Below are positions 13,315-24,886 of a stretch of DNA of 64,000 bases, in pieces. The DNA lies in assembly GCA_044892525.1 (NCBI GenBank), contig CM097885.1:24244001-24308000 (forward strand), in the 5' to 3' direction. Position numbers and translations under genes: made by a program. The number at the start of each line of letters is the position of its first letter. Position 1 is the first letter of the stretch. The stretch comes from Schmidtea polychroa. Taxonomy: Eukaryota. The notes below the pieces were generated by a model. It was not told the origin of the DNA. It worked only from the letters and a program-made list of their open reading frames with translations, and searched no databases.

Positions 13315-14328
13315 TTAACAGCTATGCAAATGATTTTTTTTTAATTGTTATTAAATTGGTATATGAGGTATTGTTTTATAATTGTTTGGTGACTGAAAAT
13401 TTGAGTATGGAGGTTTGGAAAAACAATTTCGGTAAGGGACCTGAGTAAATTGGACACATGCCTTCTAACGGTAGTCCATGGACCAACAGAGTACCCGACA
13501 ATTATAGTGCCGTCAGTGCGCTCATTTTTTGCGAGTACTCACCCACTTGATACAGTACCAACGTTGATTACTCAATGGTTATCAAGCGGTAAACAATGTT
13601 GTATTTTGGGGTTACGCTGTTAACAGCACCGAAGAACAAATGTTTGATCACCAGTAACCCACCTCATGTAAGACATTAAAATTTTTTTTCCTTTACATAG
13701 ATTCATCGATTTTCCAATGTCAAATCATCACATCAAAACGTCCACTCGAATAGAGATCCTCGACTAATCGACATGTGAATAGAAAGACACATAAACAATT
13801 ACGATATCCTGTAGCGTTGATTTGCCAAAATTAGTATTACCCAATCGAATAAACAAAGTCTTCCGAATTACCGATGTCAACCGAGATCTTTGTTTATGGT
13901 TCTCATGAGCCGAGATGTAGATATCATTTTGTCCAGCCGAATACTCCTATTAATATCAACGTAGGCAATTATAAACAATTGAAACAAGCCGATTTGTGCG
14001 ACAAATTCTAAATATCAGTCCAAAAAGTTCATTCATATACATAATCCCTAGACAAATTAAAGCAATTCCCGACTGACACCGGCTAACTGTTTACAAAATT
14101 CGACGATAAAACGGAAATTTGCATTCCCATCGTGTTTACATAGATTATGTGCAACTTTTAATAATTAAATTATCAGTACATAATTAATTATGATTTTAGA
14201 CATTAGGATTTCTTTTCATTTATTATAAAACTAGAGGTAAATGCACCTATCAAGGGAATGCTATCGACCATAGAACCTCATAACCCATCAAAGAAATACG
14301 TTCTACTCACAGTTTTCCATATTACAAC

Positions 14329-15371
14329 TGTTGAGGTCTGTAAATTAAAATTAAAAATTTAAATAAAATTTAGGATAATAATTCAAATGGAAAGTAAGCG
14401 AGGAAAAAGGCAAATAAAAGCGGGATCGTGCACAGAATCAATAGAATTGGAAAGTGTGATGGAAACAGTATTAGAAAATGCAAAAAGCAATTACGAAAGG
14501 CGAGAATCCGGAAATCCGAGAAAAATCAATAAATGGAAAAATCATCGAAATCGAATGGGAAAAACGGGACAGGTATAGATTAGCTAATGGTCAACAATTT
14601 AATGGTTAGGGATTTATCAGAAAAGGGTTAGAAAGGGTCGAAAAACATTCAAACGTATGAAAACAGAAAACGTTAATTAATTAATTAATTGGCTAATGGA
14701 AAACCCGAGCTAATGGAGAACCCGAGAGATAAAGGAAACCCGAGCTGGGTAAACAAGAAGAAAGGCAAACAAAAGGAAGAATTGGGCCCATTAGCTAGAC
14801 ACATTGATTAATGGGAAAAGAGTAAGGAGAAGATAGCGCGCGTAGGAAGACCGGTAGGGACATTAATTATCTGGATTCGTTGGACCATTATGGGTGACAG
14901 CCGAAGCAAACACGTAGGAGAAAATGTCAAACGAAAGATTGGCTCGGCAATAACCATTTGTCATCCTGATTTCGAGGAGTATATAAGCAAAGGGAAAATC
15001 AGAGAAAATCGGCAATTTGCCTCAGGTAGGGTAAGAAGAATCGAGAATAGGCGAGAGGTAAAAACGAATTTAGGGAAGTAGGGAAAAGAAGAAATAGAAT
15101 TAAGAATACGAAAAGGTGAAAAGGAATCAAACCAAACAGAAACCGAGGAAAACGTGAATCGAGAGAGAATCTAAAGGATTAAAAGGTGAATATTATTTGT
15201 TTGCAAAGCATCAACGCCGAGTGGAGAATCGTATAAAACTTTGATTGGTAATTGTAGCGTGATAATCAATTGTGAACCTGTTGTTTCAATATACGTTGGG
15301 TCGTTCATTGTTTTGATTTAAAGAACACAGGAGTCAGAGAGAACCGACTTGAAATAATCCAAAACCCAACA
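14329..15371 (+). repeat. 5' LTR
   Basis: TGTTGA...CCCAACA; direct repeat of 20907-21962. Confidence 0.95.
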
Positions 15372-15378
15372 TATATTC

Positions 15379-15396
15379 TGGTGAGCCCGACGTGAT
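15379..15396 (+). promoter_or_regulatory. Primer-binding site, tRNA-Trp type
   Basis: TGGTGAGCCCGACGTGAT just after the 5' LTR; 1 mismatch to the canonical Trp PBS TGGTGACCCCGACGTGAT. Confidence 0.85.
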
Positions 15397-15649
15397 TGAA
15401 AGTCGGAGGAAAATTATTGGAAGCTAGTGAAAAAGGAATTGTAAAAAGAATTAGTACCGACGCGATAGAGAGTCGGCTGAGAATCATTGAAAGTAGTGGA
15501 AAATTTGTGAAAATAGTGCTAATTAGATTATTAAAGGCTATTATTGGGAGATTTAAAAGAAGTTGAAAAGTAATTTTAAATTATTGTTTAACTCAATTGT
15601 TTAGCTCAAAGTGAACCGATACAACCTCAGAAGTCAGAAACAAGTCCAA

Positions 15650-18600
15650 ATGGCAAATGATAATGCTGTTATGCCTCTCAATAGAGAGATGATTGATTTC
15701 GCAAGTTGCCAGAAATTACCCGTCAATCAATATGGAGGAGACCCTGTTGAATTTGCAGATTTCATGGGAGATTATTATATGTACGCCTCAGCATACGGAT
15801 GGACACAAGCCATTATGGTTCAGAGATTCCCACTCTATCTGAAGGGTGCGGCAAGAGAAGCCTGGCAGCAAGTCGACAAACGAAATGTTGGCAATGATTG
15901 GACAAAATTGAAGGATGCAATGGCACTGAAACTGGTTGGTGGAGATATCAAAAGAATCATGCGACAGAAATTTTATAATCGAGTTCAAGGTCCAGATGAA
16001 TCGGTCAGTGAGTTTGCGTATCATCTGACCACTTTAGCAGATAAAGCATTCGAAGTCAAACCAGATCAAGCAGATATGGCCAAGCAGGTTAAAGAGCTGT
16101 TAGAAGATCAGTTTATAACCGGAGTCCACTCCGAAATTAAAAAGGCCCTATGTTATGTGGATTTTTCCAATTTCGATGAGCTCGTGAAGAAAGCCATGAA
16201 GATAGAGCTGAATTTTAAAAGTGCAAAAAGATCAGATGCTTTTGGAGTTAATGTGGAGAGACGAGAGCGATCAATTACGCCTGTGAGAGCACCATGGGAT
16301 GAAAAGAAAATAAATCAAATCAGTAGTCCAATTTTGAGACCAAATAATAGATTTCAAGCCAGTAGATCAGCCATGAACGTACAATCAAATGGACAGGTAA
16401 ATAATCCTCAATGCGAACATTGCAAATGTCTGGACACTATTCAAATCAATGTTGGTTCAAATATGGGAAAAATCCCAGCCCTAACAAGAGATTCACAGAT
16501 AACAAAAGGATCAGCAGTGATGTCGAATGCTATCGATGCGGAAAGAAAGGGCATATTAGCAGAAACTGTTTCACTAGATCAAGATCATCGTCAACTTCAC
16601 CTTCACCACAAAGGGACAAAGTGAATACAAATGGACAGATACAATTTCATTCGTGCAAGGGATACGGCCACATGGCGCGATCATGCCCAAGGAACTCAGA
16701 AAGATTCAGCAGACCTATTTTAAAGAAATCAATCAGATTCCAAGAAGATATGCCAAACACCAGTAACATGACATATGCTCAGAGAGAGGAATTTCAAGAC
16801 AAAATGGAAAAGGAATTTCGAGAAATGCGACAGAAGCTGAACAAACTAGTGGCTAAATTTGAATCAGATGAAGAAACTGAATCTCATATGATAATTGGAA
16901 CCGTGTCAGAAGGTGAGGGAAAACCTGCCATGAAAGTGCGAAAGATCGCATCAGATGAGAATCCGACTGCACTGTTAGCCCGAGGTGAAAAATGGCTTGA
17001 GAAAATGGAAACTGACAATTCCCAGTTGAAACGATGGATCGCAGAACTCAGCGTGATGACACTAACCCAAAGCGAACTAAAGAGAGCCATAAATTTATGT
17101 GCAAAGTTATTCAAAGGAAACAGAGACGATGAGATACTTAAGCAAATGCAAAAGTTTGGCAAGGCTTTACGGTCAACAAGGGATTTAGCTGATATCATAG
17201 TGGAAACGATGGGACTTGATAATGTGAAGTGCCAATTCCGCGTAAATGCATACGGACAAATCAGAGAGCTAAAGGAGCGAATACTGCGTCAATACAGTTG
17301 ATGGCAAGTGGAACTAAAATTTGAGAATCGATGTCTGAAAGACGAGGAGTACTTGGTAGATTGCGGTCTGATACCAGGCTGGAGAAATAAAGTAAATGTT
17401 GTTAATGCTGTTAATACTTTGAATTCAGACAGACATAATTGGGAAAAGATTCTAGCAGATTTACAAGATACCCTGTATGCAGGAAATGGAGATAAAATTA
17501 ATGCGAGTATCGACTTCATAATGAGCATCAAAATGGATCGAGACATGAAAGAAGGGTTGTTTGAATGCATCGTACCGTATACGAATAAACCGACAAGTTA
17601 TCAGGCAAAGTTAAGAGGTAATCCGAAAACTAGGACATGATTATGATGCGGCAGACGATAGTGCGAAGTCTTTGATAATAGCGTTAAATATTGCGGATCA
17701 AAGGATTGAATATTATCAGGAACATTGGAGTGTAAAAGCAAAGAAAATACGACAAAAAGCAGCGGAGATATTAGGTAATGACGGAATTATCGTGTTGACG
17801 TTCAAAGGACGAGAATTGGATGATGACGAATATTTGTTAAACTACGGATGTAACCCAAAAAGTATTAATAATGTGTACGCAACAAAACAAAGTGGTGAAA
17901 TGGAAAAAGATGCAGTAATAGTACCGTTTTGGCCTCTGTGTGAGGAAATGGATAATGATAATGTAGAGATTAAAACTGAAGTTGTAGATGACCCAGGAGA
18001 AATTGATCAAGAAATTAATGAATTGCAGAGATTAGAAACAATGGAAAATGAGGAAATGAGATCGGAAAATGAAGTTACAAGGGATGTTGAGGAAACGAGC
18101 ACCGATAATAGGGTACTACCGAGCATAGATGAGATGAAAAGTGAAGAGAACTTCGTTGAAACTAAAAATGACATTGCGATATGTCGGAAAAAACAAAATG
18201 ATGCGGAAACGCAATCTTTGAGTTTAGATGAATCAAGCGAAACTGAGCGAATATTAAAAAGTTTAGTTACGGAATTGTACTTGTTAGATGAAACTGAAAC
18301 CGAAGATGATACTTCGGAAGGGGAGAAAAGAGTTGTAAAAAGATTGGCAACGGAATTAAAGAGGAGATTACCGTCGATAATTAAAAGAAATTATGAAGAA
18401 AAGGAATTTTGTTAGGAAGCAGTAATTGAGAACCTAACACGAACCGAGTTGGATCGAGATGTAATATTGACAGTGCTAGCCTATATAATATTGGAGATTG
18501 GTATTTATGGTTGTCTGGAAAGTGACAATTCAAAATCATTGATAAAGAAAGCTACTGAAATGACGAATAAATATTTGACTAAGTGGATCGCAAACAATGG

Positions 18601-20497
18601 CGGATGGGAAAAGTTAATACAAAAGGCTGAGAGCCCAAAAACAGAGACAGTGAGGAAAAAGGGAAAACTCGCATTTCCATGGTTGATGATTTCTATTATT
18701 ATGTTATTGGGAATAATAAACACGACGAATTCATTGGTGGCATACGACTGCTCCCAAACCGAAATGGGAAGAGTATATTCGTTGGTAAACGTAGCAGAGT
18801 GTTCGGATGCATATCCAGTAAAATTTAAAGTGACAAATCCAGTAAAATATTATGTATACCAAGAATCGGGATTTAGACGAGCAAAGGTGAGAGAGTGTAC
18901 AGTGAAACGAACTACTTTCGTATTTTATTGTGGAAAATGGAGCCACTCATCGATGGTGAAAATGCAATCGATACCTAGACCGATAGAAATAATTCCAGAG
19001 AATTGTTTGGCAGCCTTTCAAACAGGACAGTTGAAAATCAATGCAGATATCAAACTACAAGCAAAGCTTAACCACAAAATCCGTGAGACTGTAACCGTGC
19101 GAGGGATAATAAAGTCGAATGGTGACTGCCAAGGAGAGCCATACAAAGTAGACGATGCTATAATTGACAAAGCCGTGGTTGTGGAAGAGTACATGTCAGA
19201 ATTAAGAGAATTTGATGGATCATTTGATGATGATACTGGTAAACTACAAACACATCCATTCTGCAAAATGAAACAATCTAGCTGTAAGACAGGAGAATCA
19301 ATCTTGGTGTACGATGTCGATACCAAAAAGTGCAATTTAGTGCAATTGAAGTCAATGAGTTTTAAAGAAATAACGGGAGAACAGATCAGGGAAAAGCCTG
19401 AGAAAATAAGAATGGATCCAGCAACGAGTACAACAACAAGAATTACACCTCTACGGACGAAAGATACTCCAACAGTGTTAATGTCAACCTCGGAGGAAGA
19501 TGGGATGCGATTCCTGAGAAAAGAAACTAAAACAAAGTGTGGACAAAGTGTCTATGAGACAAATTATAAAGGTATATATGTATCTCAGAAGATGATTTCA
19601 GAGGCCCAAACAAACATACATGCCGGAGATATCAAGTTGACAAATTACTTTAATAACAAAATAGATTATTTATTTCACTTTGGTCAAAATACTGTTGAAA
19701 ATGTGTACCGAGAAGTTATTATAAATGATTGCAATCTCAATAAAGAAATACTCCGAAATCGGATGGCAATGGCTATAACCAATCCTAATTTGGTAGCACC
19801 AATGTTAATTACAGAAAATGGGGTGTTTGCCAGAATTTTCGGTGAAGCACTATATAGCTATAAATGTAAAGCGGTACCAGTTAAACTGACAAAGTATGAC
19901 CAATGCACCAACGAGTTACCAGTAAATTTAAATGGAAAGTTGCGATTTATGGAGCCTGTAACACGAATCTTACTGGAAGAGGACGTGAAACCGAAAGTAT
20001 TACAGTGTAATAGATTGTTGGCACCACTATACAGACTAACACCAGAATCTTGGATTGCATTACCAGATCATCGAGAAGTAAAGACACCGGAAAATTTAGA
20101 ATTGACAGAATTACAATATCTGGTAAATTTTACGTCGTTAGAAAAATTGTCGCAAAGTGGAATTTACTCGAACGAAGACATTGAGGAAGCTCGCAGACAC
20201 TTGTTATTTCCATCAAAGAAGGAAAGAGTAATAATGGAAATGCTAGATACAATTCTCCCAAGCGGAAGTGGAAAGGTAAATTACGAGTATTTGTTAACTC
20301 CAGATCATTACAAGAAAGCGACGTATAATACAATGAAAAAGATCTGGGGAAAGTTTATGTTCATTGGACAAGCGTGTGCCGGATTGATTGGAATTTATGT
20401 AATATGCGTTGTAATCAAAGTGATAATATCGCAGGTCCTGTCAACACACAGGTCTGACATGATGATAATGATGGCGTTTTCCCTTATCTCCTGCTAA
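15650..20497 (+). pseudogene. Polyprotein Gag-ZnK x3-UBL x2-acidic-Bcl-2-like-TM/signal-chuvirus-like glycoprotein (2 frameshifts, 2 in-frame stops)
   Basis: ORFs 15611, 16411, 17308, 17672 and 18449 join via a frameshift at ~16425 (restores CEHCKMSGHYSNQC), TGA 17299, a frameshift at ~17615 and TAG 18413. Capsid motifs FPLYLKGAAREAW and QGPDESVSEF; knuckle CYRCGKKGHISRNC. Confidence 0.8.
18734..20450 (+). CDS. Env-like glycoprotein region, chuvirus G-like (class III fusogen-like)
   Basis: Signal followed by LVAYDCS..YSLVNVAEC..VRECTVKRTTFVFYCGKWSHSS. GEALYSYKCKAVPV..CTNELPV..FMEPVTRIL pattern. TM at ~20353-20440. Confidence 0.8.
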
Positions 20498-20894
20498 ACT
20501 TTCTTGGTAATATCCAAATTATCAACACAAATTGAATCAAGTCCATTTAAACTAGTCGATTAATTTTCTTAATAAAGCGAAAATGGCATCAAATTAAATT
20601 AAAATATTTTAGTTTTATATCGTAAAAATTATTATAGATTTTGGAGTATGAAATTTATTTATTGTATGATAATAATGGTAATAATGGTAATAGAAATGAA
20701 TAATATTAATAATAGTAACAATAATAATATTAATAATAATAATACTCGTTAAATAATTAAAAGATTTCTTTCTAAAAATATTTAATAATTTAAGAGTATA
20801 AAGTACAATCTAATAATATTTAAATGCATGTAAAATTACGTCCAAGGACATAATCACAGAAAAACATAAATTTCGAGGACGAAAAAATTTTTTT

Positions 20895-20906
20895 AAGGGG
20901 GAGATA
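20895..20906 (+). promoter_or_regulatory. Polypurine tract
   Basis: AAGGGGGAGATA immediately before the 3' LTR. Confidence 0.85.
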
Positions 20907-21962
20907 TGTTGATTAAATTAAAATTAAAAATTTAAATAAAATTTAGGATAATAATTCAAATGGAAAGTAAGCGAGGAAAAAAGGCAAATAAAAGCGGGAT
21001 CGTGCACAGAATCAATAGTAAAGGAAAGTGTGATGGAAACAGTATTAGAAAATGCAAAAAGCAATTACGAAAGGCGAGAATCCGGAAATCCGAGAAAAAT
21101 CAATAAATGGAAAAATCATCGAAATCGAATGGGAAAAACGGGACAGGTATAGATTAGCTAATGGTCAACAAGATGATGGTTAGGGATTTATCAGAAAAGG
21201 GTTAGAAAGGGTCGAAAAACATTCAAACGTATGAAAACAGAAAACGCTAATTAATTAATTAATTGGCTAATGGAAAACCCGAGCTAATGGGAAACCCGAG
21301 CTAATGGAGAACCCGAGAGATAAAGGAAACCCGAGCTGGGTAAACAAGAAGAAAGGCAAACAAAAGGAAGAATTGGGCCCATTAGCTAGACACATTGATT
21401 AATGGGAAAAGAGTAAGGAGAAGATAGCGCGCGTAGGAAGACCGGTAGGGACATTAATTATCTGGATTCATTGGACCATTATGGGTGACAGCCGAAGCAA
21501 ACACGTAGGAAAAAATGTCAAACGAAAGATTGGCTCGGCAATAACCATTTGTCATCCTGATTTCGAGGAGTATATAAGCAAAGGGAAAATCAGAGAAAAT
21601 CGGCAATTTGCCTCAGGTAGGGTAAGAAGAATCGAGAATAGGCGAGAGGTAAAAACGAATTTAGGGAAGTAGGGAAAAGAAGAAATAGAATTAAGAATAC
21701 GAAAAGGTGAAAAGGAATCAAACCAAACAGAAACGGAGGAAAACGTGAATCAAGAGAGAATCTAAAGGATTAAAAAATGAATATTATTTGTTTGCAAAGC
21801 ATCAACGCCGAGCGGAGAATCGTATAAAACTTTGATTGGTAATTGTAGCGTGATAATCAATTGTGAACCTGTTGTTTCAATATACGTTGGGTCGTTCATT
21901 GTTTTGATTTAAAGAACACAGGAGTCAGAGAGAACCGACTTGAAATAATCCAAAACCCAACA
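20907..21962 (+). repeat. 3' LTR
   Basis: Near-identical to the 5' LTR, with one extra GCTAATGG.AAACCCGA unit. Confidence 0.95.
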
Positions 21963-22221
21963 CAACTACTATAATTTGGATTTATAATTTAAAAATATTT
22001 TAACTAAATTTTTCGAAAATAATCTTGATCAAAGCTCACCCTTAATAATTAGTATGCGATGCGAAATTACTCATTTGTGACGATGAAGATGATCAGACTA
22101 TAGCACTTAATTGCGTCGAGAGGAAGTGGATAGAGCGAACCACCTGAAGGACATAGAATTTTTTTTGTTAAAAATTAGTGGCAAAGTTTCTTATGATCTG
22201 CAATTATCACATTTAATTTAG

Positions 22222-22860
22222 GAATTTCAGAGCCAAATTTGCCTCCACGCGGCCCGAAACCGTGTTTTTCGTGCGCCGATAAGAATGCGGACATCAGAAA
22301 GTTGCAAGAACATATTGGGGTTCTCAAAAAGCGCATTGAGACGCTGGAGCACACGTGGTTCTCCCCTCCAGAGGTGGAGGAGAAGATGAAAGTCCTATGG
22401 TTGGAGCACTGTAGGGACAGCCTCCTAGAGGAGAGTCGTTGCCAACGACTGACGATCAAAGCCCAATCCGAGGCGTTGCATTAAGCATACTCCGAGTCGG
22501 AGTTGAGACGGAGAGTGAGGGAATATCCAATTAAAGACGGGACTAACGTTTTCCCGTTGCATCATCGCGCGGATGAACAGAACTTACCTTTAACTAATTG
22601 TGCAGGACACGGGTCAGAATTCCCACCAATTATCGCGCCGGTCCTGCTAGGAACGTTGAATAGTCAATGTCTGTTGACATTAGTAACTAATGAAATCGAC
22701 AAGTAGAGTCAAGAAGTGCGAATCCGAAGATACGGAAACGCCCGTCTCGCGCTGAGCGAAACCAGAAACGGCGGGATGAGATTGCGGCTTTAGAGGCCTC
22801 GCTATTTGCTGCACAAGCATTGAGCGCCCAAAAAAAAATGGCCTATCTCATCTAACATTC
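22222..22860 (+). pseudogene. Distant degraded homolog of the LTR-borne coiled-coil ORF
   Basis: RIETLEHTWFSP versus RCRELESTWFSP at 11.8 kb. Preceded by acceptor-like TTTAATTTAG. Internal stops. Confidence 0.55.
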
Positions 22861-24886
22861 CTACTTTCCCAGAAGACGCCCTGTTAGCCGAAGGAGAGAT
22901 TCCCTCGTGAACTGGAGTTAAAGGAGAACCATCAACATTACCTGTGCTCAACTAATCATCTTCACGAAATTATCCTCCTTAAGTAACCAACAGCTGCATC
23001 TGAGAATTCTAAGTCTACCATTAGTCAAAATAGCCAGCGTCATTCCCGCTCATCCTCTGACGGAAACGGAAGCCACTCCCCTCAGTGTGTTTAAGTTGTC
23101 GAGCGACAAATTCATATCGTTACTCCTCCACTTCTTCCTATATCCTTTATGGACCTACCGTCGTTCATCGATCTTAGTTTGGTGGCCACCCGATCTCCGG
23201 TGCCGGCAAAGGCCTCTAAAACGAAGCCCTGTACATTTTGAACAATGGCCTCGATGATGCCTAGTTCGTCTCTTGACGATACAGCGAAAAAACTTCGACG
23301 ATGAATATTATATTTTTGTGTAATTAATATAATTAGTAGTTTTCTCTTCAGTCGTTTCATTTGTATAATTTGAATTCCGTTACTTTCATACAATCTTTAT
23401 ACTAATAATCTTAATCACCGTCAGTTGCACGCTTGACAACGTTCCGAATGTCGCTAACTGCAGGTCACTTGATAGTTCCCAGAAGTCAAAACTCGAAAGA
23501 CGTAAGACCTTCTATCAGCCGTCTAGAAAATGTGATAAGTGTGTCCTGGTAACGAAGCTCACTAGTCTGCTCATATCCAGAATCAACACTAGTTTCAATA
23601 ATCATGTGGTTTTCTAACAACGGATCATTCCCATTTTCCATAGACATTGCTTCGATATTGTCCTCAGTATGACCTTACATATCAGTAATATTTTATTTAC
23701 AGAGCTGAGCAAATTTGCTGGCAACGGGAAGCAGAAAAGGAAATGTTAATTGTGAGATAGGTACGTCCTTAAGATAAATCTTTATTTTCGAATTTTATAT
23801 ATTCATTGAAATTATAAAATAATTTGTAGAAATAAAAATTTTAAAACTAACATTTTTAGAAAATATTTGAATTTGAAAATATCGATTTGTTTTAAGAACG
23901 AAAATATTTGTTTAAATAATATAGAATTGTTTAGACAGAAATTTTGGATTAAATAAACTTTTGAAAAAGACTTCTGATTTTTTAGATAAACCTGTATGGA
24001 CTAAGAAAAAGTCAAAAAGTGGTTATGGAATATCAATAAGCTTTAAGGTCCTTTCATCAGATTAAAAAATGATCAAAATTTGTTAAACAATTTATCTGTA
24101 CCTTTGTAAATAATAAATCGAATTGTATTCTTTAAAAATAATAATAATAATTGTACGATTTCAGAATTGACGAGAATGAAAATTACAAAGCTAGTTTTGA
24201 TAAATCGAGGAAGATGTGTATACCTTGACCGATCGGCAATTATAAATTGTAATTGATATGGAAATTTCTGAAATTTCCTTATCGAAGATTGCAAAAAAAT
24301 TTTGAACGCGGTATAATTCATATTATGTAAATGATTGAAGTAGATATGTATTTTCAAATAACTGGGCGGGTGAAGTTGTTGCTAATATTTTGAAGCATTC
24401 CATGAAATTTAACACAACTCTTTATTATTAATTCCAAATCTATCCTTTCCATCTTTCGCAATATCGTGCATTGTGAAAAATAGATTCTTGTATATGTTTA
24501 GAAAAAAATTAAGCAAAGGCAACTTTTTAATAAAGGAAATGAATACCGAGAAGAAACTTTTTACTCATCCTCGAAAACACATATTTTACCTTTAAACAAA
24601 AGGTATATAAACAAGAAATTCAAAAGAACGTCGAAAAAGTTTTACACAAACTAAAACACGCATACATTACATCCACAGAGTCTATAACTGCAATCTTCCT
24701 AGGGCGCTTTATCCGAACAAGCCAATCAAATTCAAAAAAATTTTATTTATCTCGAGGTTTTAAAAAATAAAACTATTCCATTATACTTTGAATCTTATAA
24801 TACAGTATAAAATTATGTTCGATGTGTAAATATTATAAAAAGTTATGAAATATGTATCATTTCTAATATTTGTTGGGACCATAAAT

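Larger units (their letters stand above)
3652..13664 (+). mobile_element. Giant (~5.1 kb net) LTR, family A, outer copy, interrupted by another family-A copy
   Basis: Starts TGTTGGGCTAGAA and ends CAGTAACCCACCT. Colinear with 7660-12590 once the insert is removed. No clear TSD. Confidence 0.75.
14329..21962 (+). mobile_element. Non-autonomous Ty3/Gypsy-like LTR retroelement with env-like gene
   Basis: Two near-identical LTRs, 4-bp TSD CAAC (14325-14328 and 21963-21966), PBS, PPT and gag. No PR/RT/RH/IN motifs seen. Confidence 0.93.

Noticed and set aside
14387..15081. Short ORFs in the 1-kb LTR (repeated at 21481)
   Set aside because: Short and low-complexity; the 14387 frame is broken by an indel in the 3' LTR.
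16411..16440. Programmed gag frameshift
   Set aside because: The shift falls inside a zinc knuckle and there is no slippery heptamer; better explained as a 1-nt deletion or assembly error.
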